From Patescibacteria group bacterium UBA926 (lineage in GTDB: Bacteria > Patescibacteriota > Doudnabacteria > UBA920): 64,000 nucleotides of DNA. The notes beneath the pieces were generated by a model. It did no database searches. It was not told the DNA's origin and saw nothing but the letters and a program-made list of their open reading frames with translations. The first letter of the stretch is position 1, and every line of letters starts with the position of its first letter. Location of the stretch: contig DBDS01000006.1 in the NCBI GenBank assembly GCA_002293685.1, forward strand, positions 108,867 to 172,866, given 5' to 3'. Position numbers and translations under genes: made by a program. Below are positions 18,670 to 28,450 of this stretch, one piece after another.

Positions 18670-19944
18670 ATGGACAACCAACTAAAAAAACTGACAGCCG
18701 AAATAAAGGCTAAATTCCTTGAGGCGTTAGGCAAAAAGGAAGTGCAAGAGGCAATTGCTGAAACCAAGGCGGCAAAAGACACAGGAACCTTTGAAGTTGT
18801 GATTAGCACTGCTGACCGCGACAGACAGGGCGACATTATCATGCAGGACGGCTGGGTGCTTGATAACTACAAGAACAACCCAGTAGTGCTGTTTGGGCAT
18901 GATTATTGGTCATTGCCTATTGGCATTTGCGACGAAATTAAAGTTGTAGACGGCAAGCTGGTAGCCAAGGGGCGCTTTGCAAGCCACGATTTTGCGCAGG
19001 AAGTGCGCAAGCTGTACGACGCAGGAATGTTGCGAACTACCAGCGTTGGATTTATACCGCTTGAAACAGAGGGCAATGTGATTTTGCGTGCTGAACTATT
19101 GGAATTTTCCTTTGTACCAGTACCAGCTAACCCAATGGCATTGAGCCTAGCCCACGAAAAGCAAATCAATTTAGAGTTTGCTTTTGCCAAAGGCATTTTA
19201 GTTAAAGAGGATACACAGCCTGAACCAGTAGAACCGACAGAGCCAGCTGCTACTGAACCTGAGGCGCCTAAAGAGGAAACACCCACAGAACCTGAAACCC
19301 CAGTTACAGAGGAACCTGCTAGCGAGGCTACTACTGAGGAACCCACACCCCCAGCCGCCGCCGAGAACAACGGCGACGAACAACAGCCAACTGGCGGGGA
19401 TACAACTACCGAAACTAGCCCGCAGCCTGAGGCTACACAGCCTGAGGGCAGCGGCGAGGGTGCTGGTGAACCTACCGAACCTGAACAAAAGGCGGTAGAG
19501 GACGACGAACCGACAGACGGCACTGATGTTACGCAGCTACTAGAGAAAATGGGGCAAATGATTACAGCCCTAGCCGACTTGCATACGCAAGCGGTTGCAG
19601 CAACGGTTGATAAGGCATTAGGGGAAATTGCGCAAAAAGCGGGGCGCACCCTGAGCAAGCAGACCCGCGCATTACTTGAAACCACACTTGCCAAGATTAA
19701 AGAGAGTGGCACCGCCATTGAAAAGTTGCTTGAAACGGCAGACGCAAGCGACGACGGCGACGGGAAAGCAGCAGGCGAGGCTGCGACTACCGCTAACGAC
19801 GACTTACCGCAGGGCTTTGCAGAGGTCAAGAGTGCATTGCAACGGCACATTGAAACCCGCGAGGTGTTGCGCATGGTGGCTACGGCAGTAGGCAACTCTT
19901 TGGAAAAGTACAACAAAGAGATTAAAGAGCTACGCCAAAAGTAG
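18670..19944 (+). CDS. prohead protease (HK97/S78-like) with acidic linker and scaffold-like C-terminus
   Basis: N-terminus VISTADRDRQGDIIM...VVLFGHD resembles HK97 prohead protease. P/E/T-rich low-complexity region. Coiled-coil tail. Confidence 0.65.
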   Translation: MDNQLKKLTAEIKAKFLEALGKKEVQEAIAETKAAKDTGTFEVVISTADRDRQGDIIMQDGWVLDNYKNNPVVLFGHDYWSLPIGICDEIKVVDGKLVAKGRFASHDFAQEVRKLYDAGMLRTTSVGFIPLETEGNVILRAELLEFSFVPVPANPMALSLAHEKQINLEFAFAKGILVKEDTQPEPVEPTEPAATEPEAPKEETPTEPETPVTEEPASEATTEEPTPPAAAENNGDEQQPTGGDTTTETSPQPEATQPEGSGEGAGEPTEPEQKAVEDDEPTDGTDVTQLLEKMGQMITALADLHTQAVAATVDKALGEIAQKAGRTLSKQTRALLETTLAKIKESGTAIEKLLETADASDDGDGKAAGEAATTANDDLPQGFAEVKSALQRHIETREVLRMVATAVGNSLEKYNKEIKELRQK

Positions 19945-20014
19945 TTACAGCAAAGCCTAGCATTACAGCGACTAGGCAGAGCTTTAAAAAATTAACGCTG
20001 TAAGGACAACGAAC

Positions 20015-21208
20015 ATGGACGAGAAAATTTTGAAGGAATTGCAGCCAATGTTTGAGCAAGTTGTTGACCAAGTTATGGAAAAGCGACTTGGCGACGCTAT
20101 CAACCCTATGGTTGCAGCGGAAACCAAAAAGATTGTTGCCCAATTGAAAATGGAACGCAGCCTTTTTGGACAAGACCGCACTGGCTTATCTGACGAACAA
20201 AAGAAAGATTTTGTTAGCGCAGCTAAAGCCATTGTAATGGGCATGAATGTTGACACCAAGGCAAACGAAGCCTTGATTAGTGAACAGGACAGCCGCGGTG
20301 GTTACTTGGTAGCTACCGAAGTTGCAAACGCTATTGTACGCATTGCGGCTAGCGTTGGTGTAGTTATGAACCAAGCTACTAAGTGGACTATGAACACTGA
20401 CCAGCTTGATATTCCTGCTTACACTGGCAGCTTTTTAGAGGGCGAATACCTTGGCGTTGACGCCGCTGGTACTCCAACAGCTATTACCTTTGACAGCGCA
20501 AGCCTTGTTGCTAAAAAGTGGCAAGTTGCGTTTGTTGTAGGCAATGACTTGCTTGCAGACGCCAGCGTTGAATTAGCCGATTGGTTGCTGGCACTTGCTG
20601 GCGAGGCTTTGGCTAACCGCGTTGATAAAGAGGGCTTGGCTGGTGCAGGTACCCCATTTGTAGGTGTACTTAACCACCCTGATGTTACCGTACACACTTT
20701 TGCTACTGGTAACGACACCTTTGCTGAATTTACTTTAGACGAGGCTAGCGACATGATTGCTAACCTTGACGAAAGCATGCTTGACGGCGCTGCGTTTTAC
20801 ATGAACCGCACCGTTTGGGCAAAGGTACGCATGAAGAAAGACACTGCTGGCAACTATGTATTGCCTATGGCTGGCGCACCCAGCGCAGCATTGCTTGCTA
20901 ATTACGCTGGTAATGTTGGCGGTACCCGCCCAGTTGGGGAAATTCTAGGCTACCCAGTGTTTACTACCCGCCACTTGCCTGCTAACAGCGCTACTGCTGT
21001 AAGCACCAAGTTTGCCATTTTTGGCAACTTAAAGGCTTTGGCATACGGCGACCGCGGCGAAATGGCTATTGCCAAGCACACTAGCGGTAGCTTTGGTGGC
21101 AAGGAAATTGCTCTTGCTGACCAAGCTGGAATGGTGTTTAAGCACCGCCACGCTGTAACTGTAGCTTTGCCTGCCGCATTTGTGGTTGCAAAGACTGCTG
21201 CTAGCTAA
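20015..21208 (+). CDS. major capsid protein, HK97 fold
   Basis: 397 aa, immediately after the protease/scaffold. Gly/Ala-rich HK97-like composition. Confidence 0.75.
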   Translation: MDEKILKELQPMFEQVVDQVMEKRLGDAINPMVAAETKKIVAQLKMERSLFGQDRTGLSDEQKKDFVSAAKAIVMGMNVDTKANEALISEQDSRGGYLVATEVANAIVRIAASVGVVMNQATKWTMNTDQLDIPAYTGSFLEGEYLGVDAAGTPTAITFDSASLVAKKWQVAFVVGNDLLADASVELADWLLALAGEALANRVDKEGLAGAGTPFVGVLNHPDVTVHTFATGNDTFAEFTLDEASDMIANLDESMLDGAAFYMNRTVWAKVRMKKDTAGNYVLPMAGAPSAALLANYAGNVGGTRPVGEILGYPVFTTRHLPANSATAVSTKFAIFGNLKALAYGDRGEMAIAKHTSGSFGGKEIALADQAGMVFKHRHAVTVALPAAFVVAKTAAS

Positions 21209-21299
21209 ACCTAGATAAGAATATAAACCCGTTGGGGTAGGGGTTGGTTGCACAGCTGCTACCCCAAAGGGATTTGAAAATTAAGAATGTTAACGGCGT

Positions 21300-21539
21300 A
21301 TGACTATTGAATTATTAAGACCGCTTAGTATCCGTGGCAGCCGCTTTGAAAAAGGCGCAGTCATTGATTTTCTTAGCGACGACGAGATTAAGGCTTTTGA
21401 CACTGCCGACTACAAGGAATATACGCCCATTGTAGAAAGCAGCGCAGCGGAAACCGAACCAGCGACCACTGGCGAGCAGGAAACTGCCGAGGTTGAGCAG
21501 GTTGTCAAGCCAAAAGCCCGACGCTCACGAAAGGCGTAA
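21300..21539 (+). CDS. hypothetical head protein
   Basis: 79-aa ORF after the capsid gene. Confidence 0.3.
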   Translation: MTIELLRPLSIRGSRFEKGAVIDFLSDDEIKAFDTADYKEYTPIVESSAAETEPATTGEQETAEVEQVVKPKARRSRKA

Positions 21540-21542
21540 AAA

Positions 21543-21932
21543 ATGAAAAGTGTATACGACGCAATCAAAGCTGTTGTGTCTTTGGTACCAGCTGTGCGCA
21601 CCGCAAGTGCTAACGGTACTGGTGTAGACACCTTGGGCTACAACAGCGCAATGATTGTAATTAACGCAGGCGACATTGACTTAACCACAGGAGATGAAAC
21701 CTACAACTTTAAAGTGCAAGACAGCGCAGACAACAGCACATTTGCTGATGTAAGCGGTGCCACAGCAGTTGTTACTGCTGACAACGACACTAAAGTTATC
21801 CGCGTTGAAGGCTTGGGTACTAGCGTTGACCGCTATATCCGTGTAGTAGCTACTTTGGCTGGTACAACCCCTAGCTGCCCATGTGCAGCTACCGTGTTGC
21901 TAGGCAACGGCTACAACAAGCCTGCTAACTAG
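21543..21932 (+). CDS. hypothetical protein (possible capsid decoration)
   Basis: 129 aa, Ala/Thr/Val-rich beta-like sequence. Position only. Confidence 0.3.
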   Translation: MKSVYDAIKAVVSLVPAVRTASANGTGVDTLGYNSAMIVINAGDIDLTTGDETYNFKVQDSADNSTFADVSGATAVVTADNDTKVIRVEGLGTSVDRYIRVVATLAGTTPSCPCAATVLLGNGYNKPAN

Positions 21933-22108
21933 GCTTTAGCACTGGCTACCACACCCTGACTTGTTTGGGGTGTGTAGCGGCTGCTCAAGCTGGGGGTTGG
22001 TGCCGCCTTTGGTTTAAGCCCCCGCTGTTTGCGGCAACCCCCGAATAATTGCGGGTGCATAAACGGCACGAAACACCTGCCCCTAACGGGAATTAACACG
22101 ACAAAATT

Positions 22109-22729
22109 ATGGCTGAACAAATTTACACATACGCATTAACCACTGTGGCACGGGTTAAAACCCGACTAGGCATTACGGTTAGTGCCAATGACACCCAGCT
22201 GCTTAGGCTCATTAACGCCGTAACGGATTTAATAGAGGGCGAAACTGGACGCAGGTTTTTGCGGGGAACCGTAACAAGCGAGGTACACGAAATACGGGGC
22301 GCAACAGATATGATACCCGTTAAACAAATCCCTTTGATTAGCGTAACGAGCGTGCAATATAGCACTGGCATTGGCAGCAACCGAACATGGACTACTTTAG
22401 ACACCAGCTTGTATGAGATTATTGGCGACGGCAAGAGTGGACTAATTAAAGTATGGGGCGGTTTAGGCAGAGGTGTTAACAGCGTGCGGGTTACTTATGT
22501 TGGCGGCTACTTGATTGACTTTAACGAGTTTGGAACCAGTAGCCATACCCTACCTGCTGACTTAACTGACTTAGCAGAAAGGTTGGTAACGAAATACTGG
22601 AAACGCAGAGAGGCTGAGGGCAAGAGTAGCGAGGGGATAGCGAACGCAAGCATACAGTGGCGCAGTGATTTGGAAAAAGCAGACCAGCAGATTTTAGACC
22701 GCTACCGTAGGCTACCTGAGTTTGTATGA
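22109..22729 (+). CDS. head-tail connector / adaptor protein
   Basis: 206 aa in the canonical position after the head genes. Confidence 0.45.
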   Translation: MAEQIYTYALTTVARVKTRLGITVSANDTQLLRLINAVTDLIEGETGRRFLRGTVTSEVHEIRGATDMIPVKQIPLISVTSVQYSTGIGSNRTWTTLDTSLYEIIGDGKSGLIKVWGGLGRGVNSVRVTYVGGYLIDFNEFGTSSHTLPADLTDLAERLVTKYWKRREAEGKSSEGIANASIQWRSDLEKADQQILDRYRRLPEFV

Positions 22730-23121
22730 TTGAGTACGACATTGAGGGTTTAGACGCCATAGTTGCGGGAATGAAAAACTACCCCGAACGAGCCAACCCC
22801 ATACTGGCGCGAGGGATTAACGCAATACTGGCAACCCTGCACAAAGAGGCTACCGACGACAACCTGCAATTTAAACTGCCACGCAACCGCCGTACAGGCA
22901 TGTTGCTGAACAGCTTTAGCACAGGTATTAGGCTGGCAAGCGCAGGGAAATTAGAGGGCAGCATTAAACCGACAGTGTTTTACGCAGAGTATGTGCATGA
23001 GGGTACCAGCCGAATTAGACCAAACGCCTTTATGCCGAGAATAGCAAAAGCGGGCAAGCCCGAAACCCAAGAGCATATACAGAGTGTGGCTGACCAAATA
23101 GCCAAAGCAATTACTAACTAA
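22726..23121 (+). CDS. head closure protein (HK97 gp10-like)
   Basis: 131 aa, overlaps previous stop. Position and size. Confidence 0.45.
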   Translation: MIEYDIEGLDAIVAGMKNYPERANPILARGINAILATLHKEATDDNLQFKLPRNRRTGMLLNSFSTGIRLASAGKLEGSIKPTVFYAEYVHEGTSRIRPNAFMPRIAKAGKPETQEHIQSVADQIAKAITN

Positions 23122-23127
23122 GCCATT

Positions 23128-23565
23128 ATGAGCAAAAGCGCAGACATTAAAAACGCAATAAAAACAAGCCTTGATACTTTGGTGCCTGCGAGCTTAGGCG
23201 AGGTGGTAATAGACGACTTTACTATAGACCCGATTAACCGCGACACTGGCACCTACCCGCTGGCGGTTGTTACCACCCCCTCAATTAGTAGTTATGCGGA
23301 AACCAACCGCGATAACATGCGAACCTACACTTTTAAAATCACTGTGGTTATGCGAGGCGATAACATAGCCAATGCAACAGAGGTTGAGGACTTGGTAGAG
23401 GCAATTATTAACCTGTTTGATAACGACCCTACCCTTGGCGGGGTGGCAAACGGGGCAATAGAGCCAGCAAGCAGCGAACCGCAAGCACTGACCACCCCTG
23501 ACCGCACATACATTTGGTTTGAGGTAACGCTGAGAGTTAAGGCATTAGCCACATTAACCTTTTAA
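23128..23565 (+). CDS. tail completion / neck protein
   Basis: 145 aa, immediately upstream of the major tail region. Confidence 0.4.
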   Translation: MSKSADIKNAIKTSLDTLVPASLGEVVIDDFTIDPINRDTGTYPLAVVTTPSISSYAETNRDNMRTYTFKITVVMRGDNIANATEVEDLVEAIINLFDNDPTLGGVANGAIEPASSEPQALTTPDRTYIWFEVTLRVKALATLTF

Positions 23566-23582
23566 ACATTAAACAAATAACC

Positions 23583-23768
23583 ATGATTAAAGACGCAAAA
23601 AACAAAGCCATGCAGCCTGAGGATACCCAAAACAAAGCTGCTACAAAGCAAAGCGGTAAAGAGGAATACCATTTTGCAGGCGAGGGGAAATACGAACCCC
23701 TAACAGTGCAAGCAAGCAGTGCGGCTGAGGCACAAGAAATTTGGGAAAAAGAGAGAAAAGAAGTTTAG
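23583..23768 (+). CDS. hypothetical small protein
   Basis: 61-aa ORF. Confidence 0.25.
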   Translation: MIKDAKNKAMQPEDTQNKAATKQSGKEEYHFAGEGKYEPLTVQASSAAEAQEIWEKERKEV

Positions 23769-23795
23769 CAATTAGCATTAACTAACTACAAACTT

Positions 23796-24785
23796 ATGAG
23801 CAAAGGAATTGGAAAATTACTACAAATTGGTATTGCCAAGGAAACCGTCCGAGGCACTGCCGAAAGCACAGCGACTTACTGGCTGCAAACCGACGAGTTT
23901 AATGTGCTGGAAAAAGACGAAAGGGTTATTAACGAGCAGACCCTAGGCGTCATTGAGGCAAGCCAAGGCGAGGATATTACCCGCCAGTGGGCTGAGGTTA
24001 CTTACAAAGCGCCGATTGGCGATAAGCATTTTGCTTTGATTTTATTGGGCGTGCTTGGCTCATTAAGCACTGGCGACAACGCAGACAGCGACGCGTCAAT
24101 TAAAGACCACACCATTACCGTGGCACAAAGCGCACAGCACCAAGCCATTAGCTTGTTTAAGAATGACCCGCTTGCAGGGCAGGACTACAAGCACGCATTG
24201 GGCTGTATTGAAAGCCTTGAAATTAACTACGAACAGGGCAAATACCTTGAATACAGCGTTACCTTTAAGGCTAAAAAGGGCGCTACCGCAACATTGACCC
24301 CAAGCAACACTACCGAAAACCGCTTTTTACCGCAGCATGTTGTGTTTAAAATGGCTAGCGCACAAAGCGGATTAACCGCTGCCAGCGCAACTGTTATTAA
24401 GAGCCTAAAGCTGAAAATTGAAAGCAACCTTGAGCCTGACTGGGTGCTTGGCTCAGTAGCCCCTGCTGACTTTTTGAACAAGCAATTGGCAATTAGCGGC
24501 GAACTTGAGGCTATTTGGGATAGCGAGGCTACCATAAAGACACCTAGCCTAGCTGGCACCAAAAAGGCTTTGCGCTTAGACATGATTAACACTGATGTAA
24601 CGATTGGTAGCGCAGCAAACCCGCAAGTGCGTATTGACTTGCACAAGTGCGTATTTAGCGAACACAGCACCCCAGTTAAGCTGCACGACATTATGATTGA
24701 AAGCGCACAGTTTACAGCACACTACGACACTACAGACAGCAAAATGATTACTGCCGTTGTTACCAACGCAGTGGCTAGCTACTAA
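23796..24785 (+). CDS. major tail protein
   Basis: 329 aa, directly upstream of the chaperone/tape-measure pair. Confidence 0.6.
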   Translation: MSKGIGKLLQIGIAKETVRGTAESTATYWLQTDEFNVLEKDERVINEQTLGVIEASQGEDITRQWAEVTYKAPIGDKHFALILLGVLGSLSTGDNADSDASIKDHTITVAQSAQHQAISLFKNDPLAGQDYKHALGCIESLEINYEQGKYLEYSVTFKAKKGATATLTPSNTTENRFLPQHVVFKMASAQSGLTAASATVIKSLKLKIESNLEPDWVLGSVAPADFLNKQLAISGELEAIWDSEATIKTPSLAGTKKALRLDMINTDVTIGSAANPQVRIDLHKCVFSEHSTPVKLHDIMIESAQFTAHYDTTDSKMITAVVTNAVASY

Positions 24786-24809
24786 TAAAAATAATTAAGG
24801 CATAAACCA

Positions 24810-25145
24810 ATGGACACAGAAAATACAATCACGCTTGAAACCCCCTCTAAAAAAACACTGGTATTGCGTAAATTTTTTACCGCACGACAGCGCAACGAAT
24901 TGCGCGGCATTTACCTAAAGAACCTGAAAGTTAGCCCGCAAGGCGGCACAGCCGAGGTTGGCGAACTTAACGGGGAAATTGTAGAGATTGCAGAGCGCAA
25001 GCTGCTGGAATTGGCGGTTATTAGCTATGACGGTAACACCGAAACCCCAGTTGAATTGTTGCTAGACGCAAGCCCTGCTGAATATGACTTTGCGGTAGCA
25101 GAGGCAGGAAAGGCAGACACGGGTTTTTTAGCCCAGACGAAATAG
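24810..25145 (+). CDS. tail assembly chaperone (G-like)
   Basis: 111 aa between major tail and tape measure. Slippery T_TTT_TTA near the 3' end. Confidence 0.6.
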   Translation: MDTENTITLETPSKKTLVLRKFFTARQRNELRGIYLKNLKVSPQGGTAEVGELNGEIVEIAERKLLELAVISYDGNTETPVELLLDASPAEYDFAVAEAGKADTGFLAQTK

Positions 25146-25336
25146 AATACACCGCTTACCTGTGGAAACGGTACTTTAAGGGCAGCCGAGCAGAACTAAC
25201 ACAAGATATGCTAGCTGCCCTTATTTGCAAAGAGTACGGCTGGACACGCGAACAGTACCTAGACCAACCCGCTTACTGGCTGGACATAATTACCAGCATG
25301 CTGCAAGCAGAGGGTGCGGGAAACAAGAATAATTAA
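24810..25336 (+). CDS. tail assembly chaperone, -1 frameshift extension product (GT-like)
   Basis: A -1 slip at T_TTT_TTA (25124-25130) continues into a 69-codon open frame ending 25336, just before the tape-measure start. Confidence 0.5.
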
Positions 25337-25347
25337 GCACCAACGCT

Positions 25348-27021
25348 ATGGCTGAAACAGACATTAGCATATTAGTTAGAGTAAAAGACGAGGCAAGCGC
25401 CGCAATGGGCAAAATTAGCGGCAGCATAAATAACCTGCAACCAGCTTTTAAAACAATGACTGTTGCGGGTACTGCTGCGTTGGGTGCAATTGGTGCTGTA
25501 GCGTACAAGTCTATTAAAGATTATGCCGAGGCAGAAAAAGCCCAAAAGCAATTAGAGCATGCCACATTGCAGGTTGCCAAAGGAACCCGCGAGCAGTTAG
25601 AGGCAATGAAAGCCTTGAGTAATGAGCTTGAACGCAAAGGCGTACTAGACGGCGACGCAATAGCTACTGGCTTGGCGCAGTTGCAGACTTTTGGCTTAAG
25701 CACTGACATGGTAACAAAGCTGGGCAGCAGCATGGCTGACTTAGCCGTTAACCAATTTGGCGTAAATGCGGGGGCTGAGGAATTGACCCAAACAGCAAAC
25801 ATTATGGCGAAAGCCCTTAATGGTCAATTTGGCGTGCTTGAAAAAAGCGGAATTAGATTTACCGAGGCACAGCGTAAGCTCATACAGTTTGGAACCGAAA
25901 GCGAACGGGTTGCGGCATTGCAAGAGGGATTGGCACAAAACTTGAAATACACCAACGAGGTTGCCAGCCAAACAGTAGAGGGTAGCATGGCTAAGTTGCA
26001 GGTACAGCTGGGCAACATTAGCGAAAACATAGGGGCGGCATTACTGCCAGCACTGACGCAGTTGGTTACTTACATTACCCCGATTATTGAAAAGGTTGTT
26101 AACTGGTCAAGCGAAAACCCTAAACTTATTTCTACTATATTAGCCGTTGGCGCAGGTGTTGCGGCACTTGTTACCGCGCTAGGCGCAATTGGGCTTATTA
26201 TTCCCGCTGTTATTAGCGGTGTTACCGCGCTAGGCACCGCCTTGATGTTTTTGGCTGCCAACCCTATAGGCATAGTCATTGTTGCAGTGGCAGCATTGGT
26301 AGCTGGCATTGTTTTGGTTATTAAACACTGGGATTGGGTAAAGGAAAAAACGCTTGAGGTGTGGAACTCATTACCAAACTTTGTACAAACCGCCATACAG
26401 ATTTTGTTAATTCCTTTGACTGGCTTAATTGGCGTAATTGTTTTAATTGTTACCCATTGGGAAACCTTGAAAAATGCGACCATAGCGGTTTGGAACGCAA
26501 TCACTACCGCCGTAATTGGCAAATTTAACGAGATGAAAGCAGGCATACAGGCTGGTTATGAAATTATACTTGCTATTGCCAATGGTTTTAGTGCGGCTTA
26601 TACAGCAGCCTCAGACGCAATGTGGAATGGGATAAAAAACAAAGTGGCAGGCGTGTGGGATAGCATAAAATCAATTGTTACTGGCAGTATCAACTTTTTA
26701 ATAGACAAGATTAACAGCTTTATAAACAAAGTAAACTCAGTAGCAAGCAAAGCTGCTGGGATTGTTAAAATCAACGCCCCGCAAATTCCTAACATACCTT
26801 ACTTGGCACAGGGTGGGATTGTTACCAAACCTACTATTGCAATGATTGGCGAGGCGGGCGCTGAGGCGGTTATACCTTTGAGCAAAGCAGATAAATACGG
26901 CTTAGGTGGCGGTAGCGGTTTAACCGTGGTTTTGCAGGGTACCTTTATGACCAGCCGAGAGCAAGCAGACTATTTTGGCGACATTTTAGCTGGCGTTATT
27001 AAGCAACAAATAAGGATTTAA
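25348..27021 (+). CDS. tail tape measure protein
   Basis: 557 aa. Coiled-coil N-terminus, central hydrophobic helices, C-terminal IGEAGAEAVIPL motif typical of TMPs. Confidence 0.8.
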   Translation: MAETDISILVRVKDEASAAMGKISGSINNLQPAFKTMTVAGTAALGAIGAVAYKSIKDYAEAEKAQKQLEHATLQVAKGTREQLEAMKALSNELERKGVLDGDAIATGLAQLQTFGLSTDMVTKLGSSMADLAVNQFGVNAGAEELTQTANIMAKALNGQFGVLEKSGIRFTEAQRKLIQFGTESERVAALQEGLAQNLKYTNEVASQTVEGSMAKLQVQLGNISENIGAALLPALTQLVTYITPIIEKVVNWSSENPKLISTILAVGAGVAALVTALGAIGLIIPAVISGVTALGTALMFLAANPIGIVIVAVAALVAGIVLVIKHWDWVKEKTLEVWNSLPNFVQTAIQILLIPLTGLIGVIVLIVTHWETLKNATIAVWNAITTAVIGKFNEMKAGIQAGYEIILAIANGFSAAYTAASDAMWNGIKNKVAGVWDSIKSIVTGSINFLIDKINSFINKVNSVASKAAGIVKINAPQIPNIPYLAQGGIVTKPTIAMIGEAGAEAVIPLSKADKYGLGGGSGLTVVLQGTFMTSREQADYFGDILAGVIKQQIRI

Positions 27022-27024
27022 CCA

Positions 27025-28446
27025 ATGGCTTTAGTATTAAAAATTAACACCGTTGACCGCAGCAGTTGGGTTGACTGGAAAAGCGTTACCAAGGACGAGG
27101 GGCTTACTAAAGAGCCTGATACCTTGGCTTTTAACATAAAGGAAACGCCCAGCAAGACCATACCAGCAGTGGGGGCTACAGTGCAGCTGCTTGAGGACGC
27201 GGTAAAGATTTTTGAGGGTACTATAGTTGACCGTCGCAGTTTGGTTATTGGCGGCGTGCTTAAAGGTTACTCATTTGTTTGCAAGGACTTGGTGCATGAG
27301 TTTGATAAAACACTGGTTAGCAAGGCTTACAACAATGAGGCGATAGACGATATTGTGGCTGACATTGTTAGCACCTTTACCAGCGGGTTTACCACCGCGA
27401 ATGTTGAAACTGGCTTACCGACCATAGACAGCGTGCGCTTTAATTACGAACAACCTAGCAAGTGTTTGCAAAAATTGGCTGATTTGATTGGCTATGACTG
27501 GTACATAGATTATGACGGCGACATACACTTTTTTAATGTAAGCAACAATGCCGCGCCATTTGATGTAGAGGACGATAACGGCAAGGTCATTAGTGATAGC
27601 CTGAACTTTGACCAAAACATTATAGAGCTGCGCAACAGCGTAATTATTAGAGGTGGGGAATACTTGAACAACTTAACTGATACCACTACCCCTGACTTGT
27701 ACGAGGCAGACGGCAACCAGCGCGTGTTTACCCAAATTTACCGCTACAGCAATGTTGAGGTTACGGTAGCAGGCGTAGCCAAGACCGTGGGCATAGACAA
27801 CATAGACAACCCTGCTAGCTTTGACTGTTTATACAACTACACCGAAAAGGCTATTAAATTCCCTGAGGCAAGCAAGCCAACCGCAGGGCAGATTGTTAAA
27901 GTATTTGGCGACGCCCACATACCGCTTATTGCCAAGGTGCGCGACCAAATCAGTATATCTACTTACGGCGAGTACCAAGGCTTAATAGTAGACAAAACCA
28001 TTGAAAGTATTGACGAGGCACATACCCGTGCAAAGGCTGAGCTGACTAAATGGGCAGACGGGGCATATAGTGGCGGGTTTAGAACCACGCAGACAGGGCT
28101 AAAAACTGGGCAATATATCCGAGTTAACAGCGCCCTGTTTGGTGTTGATAGCTACTTTAAGATTAACCGCATTACTGCACGGGCAAACAATTACGGCACC
28201 CTAGAATACACGGTTAAGTTTTTGGCAAGTGGCGAACTTACCTTTGCTGACATTATGGTTGGATTGCTAAGTAAAGACCGCCAAAACATTAGCGTGGCAG
28301 ACGACGAAGTTATACAGCGCCTTGAGGTATTTCCTGAAACCGTAACCCTAGTGGAAACGAGCGTTACCGCAACTAAAACAAGCCCGCCATACAAGTGGGG
28401 GGTAGCTGCCAATGATTTTGACTGGAATTTTGGCACATGGAGTTAA
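27025..28446 (+). CDS. distal tail protein (Dit)-like
   Basis: 473 aa immediately after the TMP. Confidence 0.45.
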   Translation: MALVLKINTVDRSSWVDWKSVTKDEGLTKEPDTLAFNIKETPSKTIPAVGATVQLLEDAVKIFEGTIVDRRSLVIGGVLKGYSFVCKDLVHEFDKTLVSKAYNNEAIDDIVADIVSTFTSGFTTANVETGLPTIDSVRFNYEQPSKCLQKLADLIGYDWYIDYDGDIHFFNVSNNAAPFDVEDDNGKVISDSLNFDQNIIELRNSVIIRGGEYLNNLTDTTTPDLYEADGNQRVFTQIYRYSNVEVTVAGVAKTVGIDNIDNPASFDCLYNYTEKAIKFPEASKPTAGQIVKVFGDAHIPLIAKVRDQISISTYGEYQGLIVDKTIESIDEAHTRAKAELTKWADGAYSGGFRTTQTGLKTGQYIRVNSALFGVDSYFKINRITARANNYGTLEYTVKFLASGELTFADIMVGLLSKDRQNISVADDEVIQRLEVFPETVTLVETSVTATKTSPPYKWGVAANDFDWNFGTWS

Positions 28447-28450
28447 AACT

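Noticed and set aside
18903-19916. 337-aa minus-strand ORF antisense to the prohead protease/scaffold gene
   Set aside because: Ser/Ala/Gly/Val-rich translation produced by the complementary strand of a GC-rich low-complexity coding tract. It fully overlaps a well-supported + strand gene.
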